Positions 9,296-20,047 are shown, counted from the first letter of the stretch. The stretch: DNA of 64,000 nt from a virus (IMGVR_UViG_3300006076_000003:1-64000), one strand, 5' to 3'. Program-made: numbers and translations. Notes: generated by a model not told the origin, from the letters alone.

Positions 9296-11142
9296 TTAAT
9301 CCTCCTCTAGCCTGCTAAAGAATTTAATAGCATCTTTGCGTGAGATAGCATCTTTTTGTATAAATTCAAATACATCATATATTGTTTCTTTACGCACAGC
9401 TTTCATCCAGTAATAAACAATGCCATCTTTAAAGTCTAAAGTAGTAGCAAGTGTATATAAATTTGCTTTTATGACTTTGCGTAAGAATGACATGTGGTTC
9501 TTGCTATTCCAATTAATAAGAGGCAATAAGTTATTTAATGCTTTATTTATTGTTACATTTGGCAATTTTAGCTTAGTATTTGCTATTAGGTAAAATGGCC
9601 TACCACTAAAGTATTTTACTGCTTTGCTATATAGCTCAGCACTGCTGTTAAATGTATAAACATCTAATCGTCTTTGCTGTACATCTTGGAAGATAGCAAT
9701 AGCTTTATGCTCAGTTTTGTCATATATACATGTTATTGAATTAACAACTTTACTTGTTGTTCCATTATAAACCTGTACTAAATCCTCAGGATCTACTGTT
9801 GATAAAGTATTTAGTTTATATGATGTTATTAAGCCACATTTGCATTTAGCCCATTTGATTTGATAGCCTGGGTACTCTACTGTTTTATATTGCATTTGAT
9901 GTAGAGGTACCATTTCTTTACAAGGAGTGCCTTTATGCACTTTAAAGTTAGATACATAAGGATTATTTGCTAATGCTTTAGGTAGCTCCCCAGAACAATA
10001 CTGCATTGGTGCATCTGCTATACAACCTGCTAAACACATATACTTCTGCAGCTCGTCCTTTTTATGCTGTCGTTCACACTCCTCTTTACAACTGCCTTTT
10101 TTGCTGTATTGTTTAAAGTCTGTGAATGGATTAACAATTTGTAGCTGACCTGTCATGTCATATACTACTGATTGCTTGTTAGTGTTGTTAGGATCTACTG
10201 TTGAAGCACGCCATAGTATTTGCAATGCCAATGAGTGTATTTTTGTGAATATAGCAAAAATTAGTCTATCTGACTGTGGACTATTAAAACCAAGAGATAA
10301 TGCTCTCACGTTGATTAAAATGCCTTTAGAAGCATGATATCTATCTATTGCTTCTTGTTGTTCCTTATATGACATTTTGCTATGTACTATGTTAACATTA
10401 TGTTTATCTGCTAATAGCTTATAAAGTTGTTCAGCAGTTTCTATATAATTAACATATATTAGCGTGTTATGCTCAGTGTCTAAATGCTCTGCTTCTATAA
10501 GTTGCTGTATGCTGTCTAATAAGCCCTCCTTATCAATCAATTGTCTTACAACATCTTCATTATAGTCTTGCCTTTTTGTTTTTAGCAGCTCAGCATTTTC
10601 CCCTATAATATTGCTGTTGCTATAAAATATTGTTGGTGCTAACCAACCATTTTCTAGCATTTCCTTTACTGTTACAGTCTGTATAAAATTATCTATGTCA
10701 TCTAACATTAACTTATTGTTGTTTTTAAGCGGTGTACCAGTAAATAATATGTTAGTTATGCCTTCACGTCTTGTTATCTCTTTTGTTGCTTTAGATTGTC
10801 GTGAGTGTACTTCATCTTGTATTATCATATCAAATTCATCTAAATCTATGTTACGATTGTTAAATGTTTGAAATGTTGCTAATACTACTTGTTTTGTGTG
10901 GTCGTAGTCTTTGCCAGATAATACAAAAGTGCTTGTACTGGGGAAGTATTCTTCTAATTGTTCTACAATTTTTCTAAAGCCAACAACAATTAATACTTTT
11001 TTTGGTTTATACTCATCTATAATGAGTTTCATTACGTAGCTTTTCCCAGCTACCGCATCGGTAAGACAATTAAGTTAGTTTTGCCTAACTCAATTTGTCC
11101 TACCGCCTCCAACTGATAAGGTCTAGCAGTTATATTTTGCAT
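9296..11142 (-). CDS. Superfamily 2 DExH helicase; 5' end frameshifted at about 11048-11059
   Basis: QDEVH, FTGTP, LSLGFN, Q.LWRA motifs; the Q motif (RPYQ) and start of Walker A lie in another frame from ATG 11142. Confidence 0.85.
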
Positions 11143-11145
11143 TTG

Positions 11146-11625
11146 TTAATCTCCTAATAATTGATTTATTTGTTGTTTAATAGCATTTATTGACAAATTT
11201 GACGGAAAAAACAATTTATTTTCCTCATTTATGCTATTTAGTACTCTTGTTTTGTTCTGTTGTTTATACTCTGTTGTTAAATTACTTGCTATTGCTTGTA
11301 GTACTTCATCAACAGATCTAACAATATAGTAGTTATGTCCTAATTGTTTAAGCTCTTGTTCTACTTGTTTTTGGTCTTCAGATTGTACACCTCCCTCAGG
11401 TCGTTTAAACTCTAAATTAACAACTTTGCCTTCTGGTAAGTAAAGTAGTACATCAGGCATACCTCTTCTAAAACCTTGTTGTTTAAGCTGTCTAAATAAC
11501 TTGCTTTTGTCTGCAGGTTTTAAGCCATTTAAATTAATACCAGATAATGATAAATTAATAACAATCTCTGGGTATATATGCTTTATTGCTTGAATTGCTG
11601 TTTGTTGTAAGATTTCTTCAGTCAT
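11146..11625 (-). CDS. VRR-NUC family nuclease
   Basis: E..LQ, GMPD, LEFK, QSEDQK motifs. Confidence 0.85.
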   Translation of the reverse strand: MTEEILQQTAIQAIKHIYPEIVINLSLSGINLNGLKPADKSKLFRQLKQQGFRRGMPDVLLYLPEGKVVNLEFKRPEGGVQSEDQKQVEQELKQLGHNYYIVRSVDEVLQAIASNLTTEYKQQNKTRVLNSINEENKLFFPSNLSINAIKQQINQLLGD

Positions 11626-11687
11626 TATTATTTCCTTAATATAAGTAATATTATACTTAATGTATAAGTTGTGATATTCTTATCATT

Positions 11688-12212
11688 TTAATCCAATTTA
11701 TTAGCTGCTGATTCGCATATATTGTACCATTTTTGTATATCCTCTAAAGGTATATTATATTTTATAATAGGTCTAATACCTTTATGTTTTTTACCCCTTA
11801 TATTTATAGGAAATGGTATACTTTCTTTATGATCTTTATAAATTAAGTCACAAAATATGTAGTTATTTGATTTTTTAACCTCATCAAGATAATACATTAA
11901 GGTTTTAATTTTTTTAGTACTATTTTTAATAAGTAGCTCTTGAACTTGTATTTCATAAAGTAAATTAAAAGCTAATTCATTATAACTATGAATAGTTGTA
12001 TGTTCTTTACCTATACCATAAACTAACGCATGAGTTTCTTTTATATAATATGGTACCATACTTTGCCTATGAACCGAAGGTTTATCTATTTTTTTGTTAA
12101 TTACTTTTTCAAAATGCTCCTTATTATTTTTATTCATTTCATATACTAAGTGTATTTTTCTGTAAATGCCTATTAAAATGATTAATAGTACAATAATGCA
12201 TATGTAACTCAT
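11688..12212 (-). CDS. Hypothetical protein with N-terminal membrane anchor
   Basis: ORF with AGGAG RBS and hydrophobic N-terminus. Confidence 0.55.
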   Translation of the reverse strand: MSYICIIVLLIILIGIYRKIHLVYEMNKNNKEHFEKVINKKIDKPSVHRQSMVPYYIKETHALVYGIGKEHTTIHSYNELAFNLLYEIQVQELLIKNSTKKIKTLMYYLDEVKKSNNYIFCDLIYKDHKESIPFPINIRGKKHKGIRPIIKYNIPLEDIQKWYNICESAANKLD

Positions 12213-12246
12213 ATGAACTCCTATATTGATTTTTAATTTAAGGTAT

Positions 12247-12878
12247 TTATTTAGCTCTTGTAGGTAGTTCTCCTATAAATGGTTCATAAAATTCCCAATG
12301 TTCCTCATATACTACTTCAGTATTACCTTTTAGTGGTAAATGTGTGATTACTTTATTTGAATCTAATTCAAATCTATTGAATTTTCTCAGTTCTACAAAA
12401 CGATCTAATTTATTCCATACCCAAACCCATTCATTTTCTTTAGGCTTCCAACGTGTTAATGTAAATGTTTGTACTTCACCTACATCTTTTAAGTATGTGT
12501 ACCCATCTTCTGAATCTTTTTTTACTTTTCTTAATAATCCATCATACAATACAAAATCATCTTTTTTAAATTTTGACACTTCTGGTTTAATTCTATAAAA
12601 ATCTACTTTTACCGTAGTTTCTATTTTATCTACATCTTTCCATCCATTAAAATACCCATCACTGTCTATGTCTTTACATTGTATTACCTTACCTTCTGCT
12701 AATGCCTTTCTGAGTTTAAAGTACGAATAAAATGTTTACGTGCTATATAATAGTCTGTACACCATTCATCTGCACTATACTCGTCTTCTTCAAAGGCTAA
12801 TGTATCAAATACTGCTAATGTTGCATAATCAGCATTTGAGCCTGTTTTATGTTTTTTATTTTTAAACTCAATTTACAT
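12247..12878 (-). pseudogene. Disrupted hypothetical phage gene
   Basis: ATG at 12878 is followed by TAA; frameshift near 12730; downstream frame reads RKALAEGKVIQ..W.D..YRIKPE into ORF 12247..12579. Confidence 0.5.
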
Positions 12879-13141
12879 TATTTATCCTTTACTTTTATTA
12901 TTTTATATCTATACATTACACCCTCTTTTTTATCGTTTTCAACTTCATTTTTTACTATTCTTATAGCATCAAATTTATTTTTAAATTGTACATATTCAAT
13001 TTCTTGATTTTTCATATCCTTTTTTGAACACCATTCATAATAAAAGGTATTATCTTTACTGTTAGCGTATTTAGTTTCTACCATTAGGTATAGAACTGTT
13101 TTACCATAATTAGCAGTTTTACAGGCTATAATATAGCTCAT
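12878..13141 (-). CDS. Small paralog family member (MxYIIA..FxNxFxA..YxIIK)
   Basis: Shared motifs with 14342..14599 and 23116..23334. Confidence 0.7.
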   Translation of the reverse strand: MSYIIACKTANYGKTVLYLMVETKYANSKDNTFYYEWCSKKDMKNQEIEYVQFKNKFDAIRIVKNEVENDKKEGVMYRYKIIKVKDK

Positions 13142-13177
13142 GTTGTATCCTTTTAGTTATATAAAGTATTAAATTTA

Positions 13178-13996
13178 TTATAATTTAACCGTATATGCTA
13201 TGGTTGCATAATCTTTTACCAATCTTAATTTTGGGTGAAGTTTATCGCTACTGCTAATGCTATTTTTAATAACTGCAATGTTATTACATTGTTTATTCGC
13301 AGATTCAATATATCTATTTAATGCGTTTACTTTATTTTGTACTTTGTTCTCTCTGGTCACTATAAATTCTTTAAACTCTTTACTTGTTTCCATATATTGT
13401 TTAAGTAATGACTGTAGGTGTTCCATTGTTACTTTTATTTTTTCCACCGATTGGTCAAAATTAAATAAAGCTATATAAAGATAAAATTGTATTACCATCT
13501 CATCAATCTTGTTAGTCTTTTTTATTGATTCAGGTAATCCTACTAAGTAGTAATTACTTTTCATTTTATCATCCTCATAGAGTACATCTAATACATTACC
13601 TGCTAACATAAATATAACTTTAGTGCTAAGGTATAATAACTTGCTATTTTCTGTTATATTTTTGTCTTTCGCATCTTCAGAAGATATTACAGTTATTGGC
13701 ATTGCTGTGTTTAAATCTTTTTCCATATAAGCTTTTTTAAATATACCTTTTATTATCAAGGTATATAAAAACTTTTTTGTTTTTGGAGTTTTATCAAATA
13801 TAAAATTCAGTAACTCTACTAATTGCTTATTATTACCTTTATTTAATTTATAGATCTTATTTAAACTATTTGTATGTGCTTTTTCTGCTACCATTTCTTT
13901 TGATACTTTTGTATAGTCATTAATTGCTTCAGCAGCAGTTATTCTTTTACCTACTTTATACTTTGATTTGATTAAATTTATTTCAAACTCATTCAT
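13178..13996 (-). CDS. Hypothetical protein
   Basis: 272-aa ORF with AAGGA RBS. Confidence 0.6.
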   Translation of the reverse strand: MNEFEINLIKSKYKVGKRITAAEAINDYTKVSKEMVAEKAHTNSLNKIYKLNKGNNKQLVELLNFIFDKTPKTKKFLYTLIIKGIFKKAYMEKDLNTAMPITVISSEDAKDKNITENSKLLYLSTKVIFMLAGNVLDVLYEDDKMKSNYYLVGLPESIKKTNKIDEMVIQFYLYIALFNFDQSVEKIKVTMEHLQSLLKQYMETSKEFKEFIVTRENKVQNKVNALNRYIESANKQCNNIAVIKNSISSSDKLHPKLRLVKDYATIAYTVKL

Positions 13997-14025
13997 TGTT
14001 TATTCCTTTAATCTATGTTATAAAA

Positions 14026-14340
14026 TTATTTACTTTTTAAATAATTGATAACATCTAATTCGCTAACTAATTCATATTTTAGATTTGGTCTAAATTCTAT
14101 TATTTTATTTAAATTTGTACGTACTTCAAATAGACTTCCTTTAATTAAATTTGCTCTATGATAAAACAAGTCAGCTGGTTGTTCTGGTCTAAATACATTA
14201 TAATATTTAATTGCAATACTATAATGTCCTACATTTAGTTCTTTTAGTGTGTTTATCCTAATAGGTTTAATATTATCACGTGTTAACACATATAAATATA
14301 AACCATCTCTTTTTGTTTTGTGTTTTAAGTAATATTCCAT
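14026..14340 (-). CDS. Small paralog family member (divergent)
   Basis: MEYYL..LYVL..GSLFEV..YELV pattern. Confidence 0.55.
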   Translation of the reverse strand: MEYYLKHKTKRDGLYLYVLTRDNIKPIRINTLKELNVGHYSIAIKYYNVFRPEQPADLFYHRANLIKGSLFEVRTNLNKIIEFRPNLKYELVSELDVINYLKSK

Positions 14341-14341
14341 C

Positions 14342-14599
14342 TCATTTTACCTTTATAATCCTATATTTTAGAACATGTGTAACCAAGTCTTTTTTATCCA
14401 TCTCAATTTCTTCTTTTACGACTTTAATGGCTTCAAATTTATTTTTAAATAAGATAATACAATTATCCTTATCTACTTCATTTTTAGGTAACCAATCTTC
14501 AACTTTAATGTCATTAGTTTTACACAGGTATAGTACATTTCCTTTTATATAATTACTAAATGTATTTGTCTTAACTAAACAAGCTATAATGTACATCAC
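14342..14599 (-). CDS. Small paralog family member
   Basis: MYIIAC..VLYL..FKNKFEAIKVVK..YRIIKVK. Confidence 0.7.
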   Translation of the reverse strand: MMYIIACLVKTNTFSNYIKGNVLYLCKTNDIKVEDWLPKNEVDKDNCIILFKNKFEAIKVVKEEIEMDKKDLVTHVLKYRIIKVK

Positions 14600-14787
14600 A
14601 TTAATCCTTCATACTCACCAAATAGTTTTTTAGCTGAGCCTATACTTGTTTTTTCTTTACAAATTTGACATACCCCAATATGCATTGTATAAATACCATT
14701 GTATGGTTTATTGACTCTATGTTGTTTTGCACAAGCTGGACAGCAAAATTTAATTTCTCCTGCTTTTACTTTATCTAAAATTGTCAT
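14596..14787 (-). CDS. Small zinc-binding protein
   Basis: CPAC and CQIC motifs. Confidence 0.6.
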   Translation of the reverse strand: MTILDKVKAGEIKFCCPACAKQHRVNKPYNGIYTMHIGVCQICKEKTSIGSAKKLFGEYEGLM

Positions 14788-14788
14788 T

Positions 14789-15019
14789 TTATTCTCCTGT
14801 TAAGGTTTTTGATAATTCCTCTAATGACATAATAGTTATATCTGTATGAAATTTAACTTTATCTGCTTGTTGTTTTGCCTCAAATAGATTGTCAGCAATT
14901 AATGTTTTAGCACAAAATGTAAAAGAATTATTATCAATTCTATTAAAGGTTTCTAAATCTTCGCATAACAAGTAGATTATTTTTTTATTTGGGCTTTGTC
15001 TTGCTAATATATACTGCAT
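14789..15019 (-). CDS. Small paralog family member
   Basis: MQYILA..IIYLL..ADNLFEAK. Confidence 0.65.
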   Translation of the reverse strand: MQYILARQSPNKKIIYLLCEDLETFNRIDNNSFTFCAKTLIADNLFEAKQQADKVKFHTDITIMSLEELSKTLTGE

Positions 15020-15495
15020 TACTGTGTCCTATAAATATAATATGTTGTTCCATTAATAGCTACTTCATATTCATTTCCATCATAAGTTGCTATTACTGCT
15101 CCTCTATCTAAATCTATTCTCATATCATCAATTAACTTCTCTTTATCAAAGTATGCTTTAATATTATTACTTAAATCATAAATTTGTTCATCTGCCATAC
15201 CTTCAAGATATGTCATATATGTTTCTTCAGCTTCTTCTTCAGTTAAAACTAAATATTTTTTCTTATTTTCAACTTCATCTTCTGCTTCTTCAAACATAAT
15301 GCATGTGTCATATTCCATTAGAGCTAATATCTTTTCATCAATATTGTTTATAACTACTTGTTCATAAAATAGTCCTAAAATTAATGTTAATGATGTTATT
15401 TGCTCAAAATCTGACGCTGTATCTTTTAGAGATTCAAAAAATTCATCTTTTAAATCACAGTTTTCTATTAAATCTAATATTTGTGCATTAGTCAT
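15019..15495 (-). CDS. Acidic protein with ArdA-like C-terminal segment
   Basis: Strongly D/E-rich; IKAYFDKEKLIDD resembles the ArdA YxDYExxxRD motif. Confidence 0.4.
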   Translation of the reverse strand: MTNAQILDLIENCDLKDEFFESLKDTASDFEQITSLTLILGLFYEQVVINNIDEKILALMEYDTCIMFEEAEDEVENKKKYLVLTEEEAEETYMTYLEGMADEQIYDLSNNIKAYFDKEKLIDDMRIDLDRGAVIATYDGNEYEVAINGTTYYIYRTQ

Positions 15496-15934
15496 TTTTA
15501 TTCTTTCCTTTAATTAATTTATTACAATGTCGTACAAAACACAACATTTTTTTATCTACATTTGCTGTTGATAATATAGTTTTATCATTGATTGTTGTAG
15601 CTTTAAATAAATGTCTATTTAACCACATTGTTATTTCAAATGGCGACCATTTTGTTTTAGATGCTACATATGTTGCAATATCTTTTTCTGTATAATCCAT
15701 ATCTATCAATTTATAGTATAGTAACTCAGCATCTTCTTGTAATTTGCTTAGTTTAGTTCTCCTATCGATAAAGTAATTTTCATCTATTAGTTTGCTACGT
15801 TTATATTCTTTAGTTAAGTAGTCTGGCCATAAATTTAATTTAATGCTTCTACCGTAGGCTTGATAGATGTGATTTTTTGTGATTTTATACTTTTCACAAA
15901 ATTCACTAACTGTTAACCAACTTTCTGCTTTCAC
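15488..15934 (-). CDS. HTH DNA-binding protein (paralog of 20048..20488)
   Basis: LTVSEFCEKYKI..IY excisionase/MerR-like N-terminus. Confidence 0.55.
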   Translation of the reverse strand: MKAESWLTVSEFCEKYKITKNHIYQAYGRSIKLNLWPDYLTKEYKRSKLIDENYFIDRRTKLSKLQEDAELLYYKLIDMDYTEKDIATYVASKTKWSPFEITMWLNRHLFKATTINDKTILSTANVDKKMLCFVRHCNKLIKGKNKND

Positions 15935-16392
15935 AATATTTTCCTTTCGAATAACAATTTAAATAGTTCATTTTTCTCCTTTTGTAAAATATCAAATTGA
16001 TCAGCTATTCTCACAAATTTTTTATAATCATATAGTACTTCTTGTTTATGTTTTCTAACTGTTTTTGCTCTATAAGCGATATTGCACGCAAATTGTTTTA
16101 ATGCATAATCTATTGTAGGTTTAATAGCATACTCTGAAGGAGTATAAGATAGATATTCTATCTTATGTTTAGTTAGCAAAATTTTTAGAGTATTTGCATG
16201 TTTTGCACTTGTTTTTGAATAATTTGCAGTACTGTTGTTAATTAAAATAAGATTATTAACAACATTATTATAACTTGCTAATTCTTCATCATAACTATAT
16301 AACGCCCCCAATAAATAATGTAAATTCTTAGAACTTAAGTCATTTATATCTTTATTTATAAATGCTTCTATAACTTCTTTATTTGTTGCCAC
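15931..16392 (-). CDS. Hypothetical protein
   Basis: ORF overlapping both neighbours. Confidence 0.6.
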   Translation of the reverse strand: MATNKEVIEAFINKDINDLSSKNLHYLLGALYSYDEELASYNNVVNNLILINNSTANYSKTSAKHANTLKILLTKHKIEYLSYTPSEYAIKPTIDYALKQFACNIAYRAKTVRKHKQEVLYDYKKFVRIADQFDILQKEKNELFKLLFERKIL

Positions 16393-16825
16393 TTATGTAC
16401 CCTTCATAAAAATTTGTTAATAACCTATCAATAAATTTGTAGCTTTTTAACTCATATTCTGGTGATATCTTAAAACTCCTATGTGTTGCTACTTTAACAA
16501 TAGCATTTTCTTTAAGTCCTAACTTTTGCAGTTCTTGTTTCATTTCAGAAGCAAGTGTCATTAATAAAATTGCAGGTTCCATTGTTAGATCTTTAAATTC
16601 GTCTTTTGTTTTTTGCCACGCCTTATCTGCAATTTCACCTATACTTCTATACTCGTCTATGTGTTTTTTTGCCCAATTAAACTCAATTTTGTTTATCTTT
16701 TTATACAGCTTATCTTCAGCTTTTGTTCTTTTTTTGTTAACTAATAAAATGGTTCTATAAAAAAGTAAAATAGCGATAGCAGTAGGTTTATGAGTGTAGT
16801 AGGGCTTTTGTTGTTTTTTAAACAT
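16379..16825 (-). CDS. Hypothetical protein
   Basis: 148-aa ORF in operon. Confidence 0.6.
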   Translation of the reverse strand: MFKKQQKPYYTHKPTAIAILLFYRTILLVNKKRTKAEDKLYKKINKIEFNWAKKHIDEYRSIGEIADKAWQKTKDEFKDLTMEPAILLMTLASEMKQELQKLGLKENAIVKVATHRSFKISPEYELKSYKFIDRLLTNFYEGYISGNK

Positions 16826-16860
16826 TGTAAAGCCTTTTAAGATAACAAAATAGTTAAAAT

Positions 16861-17107
16861 TTATTTTTTACTAACTTTAGTTTTAGTATTCATTTTTACT
16901 ATTCTATATTTATAATTTAAATTATTTGCTATATCAAAACTCTTTTCAGCTTTTAGTAGCTTTAAAACATCAAAGTAATTATCAAATACAGCAGGTTTGA
17001 AAGGTTCATTTCTTGTAAACCACCTATATTCACCTTCTTTTTTTGCCGTGGGAATAGATATAAAATAGTCCTCCATTTTTTTCTTTACAAACTAATATAT
17101 ATCTCAT
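16861..17107 (-). pseudogene. Small paralog family member with frameshift in an A7 run
   Basis: ATG 17107 (RBS AAGGA) gives MRYILVCKEKNGGLFYIY; removing one A from the run at 17038-17044 joins it to ..VFDNYFDV..YKYRIVK. Confidence 0.6.
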
Positions 17108-17153
17108 TATAAATCCTTAACATATCATACAGCTAATAAAGCTGTATGATTGG

Positions 17154-18557
17154 TTAAATTAGATGTATATCTATAGCATTGTTACCAGATAGTTTATATG
17201 CTACTGGATTTGATATTGGTGAGATAAAGTAGACTGATGGGATTAATGTCATAGTTTTGCTAAATTTAACCCAACTGCTTTCGATGTCACTGTAATTATC
17301 TGAAAAACTAAAAACTATAGTTTTATCTAATTCATTTTTCGGCATATCATCTAAGTATTGAAAACAAGCATAATGTGAGGTACCTCCGCTTTGATAACGA
17401 GTTCCAAGTGCTTTTTTGAATTGAGGGTCAGATGTAATTTTTGATGTATCTTTTAATGAGAAAGTTTTAACTATTTCTGTATCAAAAATTAGTACATCAA
17501 GTTTTGCAATTTTTTTATCTAATTCCTCAATAAGTGAGAGTAATTTACCAAGTGCTTGATCACCCACTGATCCTGATTGGTCAATCATTAAAACTATATT
17601 TAGTTTATGATTATAAAATTTTTTAGATGGTGCTTTAAATTTTTTACGGTAAATTGAGTTTAAACTTGACCAAGTAGAGTCAAACTCATTAGTCATCTCA
17701 AATACTTGTTTCTTAAGCATTTTTTTGAACTTTTTAAGTTGACCCTGTTTAATAGGTTCTTTTTGAATTAATTCTTCAAATACAGCAGCAGTAGCAGTTC
17801 CTCTTGATGCATCAACTAAAGCTTTATTTAGATTTTCTCCTAAATCTGTAATGATTTCATTGTACTCATCATTAATTGGAAAATCTGCAAATTGCATATA
17901 ATCATCTTCTTTACCAAAAATTGTGAATAGTCCATCTTCTACAAATTCCATTTCATAATTTTTAGTAGCGATGTTTAATGCTTCAATCTCGTCACCTTCG
18001 AAGTTAGGCACATAACGTTGGTATTGTAAGATTTTGTTAATTCTTGCTTCATTTGAGGATACTTCATACATTTTATAAATAATGCTATTTACAACAATAT
18101 CTGATGCAGCCATTGCATAAGCATAATATAGTTGTCTATCTATATTTGTATTTACTAAATGTCTTTTTAACATATCAAAAAATGCTCTTGTATTATGGTT
18201 ACGTGTTAAACGTAACATTTCTCTAACATATAAGTACCCAAGATAATATTGATGTTTTTCTAATCCTTTTAAGATTTTTGTTAAATCTGTTTCTTTATGG
18301 TAAAAGATAGATACAAACATCTCAGCAGAATTACCTGGCTTAGTATAAGCTACAACATTTGTAGCTAAACCTGATAGTTTAGACTTCTTTTTAGCTACCT
18401 CTGGTAATTTTCTTAAATCAACATTGATTGGGTAATTTGCAAATAAAGTTGCTATTGCACTACTTGTTTTATTGCCTGTAAGTATTTCATTTACTTGTAC
18501 TGCAACTGCTTCTACAATGAGACGTTTTGCTTTGTGTAAAAATTCTTTTTTATCCAT
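17154..18557 (-). CDS. vWA-domain protein with degenerate metallopeptidase-like N-domain (N4 gp25-like)
   Basis: MIDAS DQSGS, GGT, FSD; adjacent to AAA ATPase. Confidence 0.8.
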   Translation of the reverse strand: MDKKEFLHKAKRLIVEAVAVQVNEILTGNKTSSAIATLFANYPINVDLRKLPEVAKKKSKLSGLATNVVAYTKPGNSAEMFVSIFYHKETDLTKILKGLEKHQYYLGYLYVREMLRLTRNHNTRAFFDMLKRHLVNTNIDRQLYYAYAMAASDIVVNSIIYKMYEVSSNEARINKILQYQRYVPNFEGDEIEALNIATKNYEMEFVEDGLFTIFGKEDDYMQFADFPINDEYNEIITDLGENLNKALVDASRGTATAAVFEELIQKEPIKQGQLKKFKKMLKKQVFEMTNEFDSTWSSLNSIYRKKFKAPSKKFYNHKLNIVLMIDQSGSVGDQALGKLLSLIEELDKKIAKLDVLIFDTEIVKTFSLKDTSKITSDPQFKKALGTRYQSGGTSHYACFQYLDDMPKNELDKTIVFSFSDNYSDIESSWVKFSKTMTLIPSVYFISPISNPVAYKLSGNNAIDIHLI

Positions 18558-18568
18558 TTTTTATTCCT

Positions 18569-19759
18569 TTAAACGATATATTTAGCACCAATATTTAATA
18601 GTGTTTCTTTGTTTTGTATCTCAAAAGATTGCATTTTTTTCCATTCTTTATCAGTTACACCATCGTATTCTTTTCTATCTAATTCTTTACAAAGTAGTAT
18701 ATCAATTACAAACTTAACTCCTTTACTGATTTTACCAGTTTCTTCCATTTGTAAATATTTTCGATATAACTCGCCAATAGTAAATCCAACAAAACTTTTG
18801 TCATCTACATTTTTATCAAGTAATTTTAAAACATATTCACCGTGTTTAATTGTGTCTACAAAATTAACAATGTATGAAAAGATAATTGAGTCAAGGGGGT
18901 CACGTTTAGACATATCTACAATGTCTTTATCATTAATCACTTTCTCAAAATTAATAGCATTAATATATGCTACATGTTTAGCAAATGCATTAGCTGCTGT
19001 TGAAGATACTTGTGAACCAGCAATTTCTCTTGCATGTTTTGTTACAAAATCTTTATCCATAAATGCTAAAGAGGCACTGATAGATGACCATACTCTTGGA
19101 CTTGCAGCACCTTCAATTTCAGTAGTTTCTTCTTCTACTGCATATTGTGGTTTATCACGTAAGAATGAAGCTACACGATAGTCTAAATTCTTTCTACCCC
19201 AGTTTTCAAACCACCAATCAAAATCGAATTTTACAGGGTGAATCATCATTCTATTTCTTACAGCAGCATTAATACCTTGAAAACCAGCAGAATCTGAGTC
19301 ATTTAGTGTACCTAAAATTACAACATTGTCATACAATTTATAGTTACCTAAAGCTCGTTGCAATAGTAACTTAAAGAAATAGGCTTGGAGATGTGGTGCT
19401 ACCATATGAAAATCATCAAGTAGTAAAATAGTATCTTGTTTTTCTGCCATAGTATTAGCAGCTGCTATAATCTCTGGAATTGTCCATTTTGTTAGTTGTA
19501 CATTTGTACCACTTTGCACTATTTCACTTTTAGCTAAATGATTAGCATCTATTTCATCAGGCAGTCCATTTAATAGCTCAATGGTTAATGCTGGGGCACT
19601 AATATCTAATAAGCCCATATTTAATTCTTTAGCAATTGCTGCTAATGTACTACTTTTACCAACACCAACACTACCACTTATAAATAATGGTGCTACTGTT
19701 TTATCCTCTAATTGACCTCTAATATTTGTTTTAATTAATTCAATATCTGTTGTGTTCAT
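18569..19759 (-). CDS. MoxR-like AAA+ ATPase (N4 gp24-like)
   Basis: GSVGVGKS, LLLDD, AVRNR, SPRVW motifs. Confidence 0.85.
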   Translation of the reverse strand: MNTTDIELIKTNIRGQLEDKTVAPLFISGSVGVGKSSTLAAIAKELNMGLLDISAPALTIELLNGLPDEIDANHLAKSEIVQSGTNVQLTKWTIPEIIAAANTMAEKQDTILLLDDFHMVAPHLQAYFFKLLLQRALGNYKLYDNVVILGTLNDSDSAGFQGINAAVRNRMMIHPVKFDFDWWFENWGRKNLDYRVASFLRDKPQYAVEEETTEIEGAASPRVWSSISASLAFMDKDFVTKHAREIAGSQVSSTAANAFAKHVAYINAINFEKVINDKDIVDMSKRDPLDSIIFSYIVNFVDTIKHGEYVLKLLDKNVDDKSFVGFTIGELYRKYLQMEETGKISKGVKFVIDILLCKELDRKEYDGVTDKEWKKMQSFEIQNKETLLNIGAKYIV

Positions 19760-20037
19760 TTTATAATTCCCTTTTTTATATTTTTTGGTAATAGATGTTT
19801 TATTTCTTTAAATAGTTTAATATCATATACCCACTCATCAATAAGCATATACTTACTATCTAATTTTTTACAGTGCTCCATAGCTTTTTTAGCTATAAAT
19901 AAATTAGCAAATACAATTATTGAACTATTTGAAAGAACATTTGATAGTAGATAATCCCAACTTAAATTGTCTTCACTAAAATCAATCAGTACTAAAATAT
20001 TATTATTAGCAAACATTTTAGTTGTAATAACATACAA
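19756..20037 (-). CDS. Small paralog family member (divergent)
   Basis: MYVIT..VFANLFIAKK..YDIK. Confidence 0.6.
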   Translation of the reverse strand: MYVITTKMFANNNILVLIDFSEDNLSWDYLLSNVLSNSSIIVFANLFIAKKAMEHCKKLDSKYMLIDEWVYDIKLFKEIKHLLPKNIKKGIIK

Positions 20038-20047
20038 AGCACACTCC

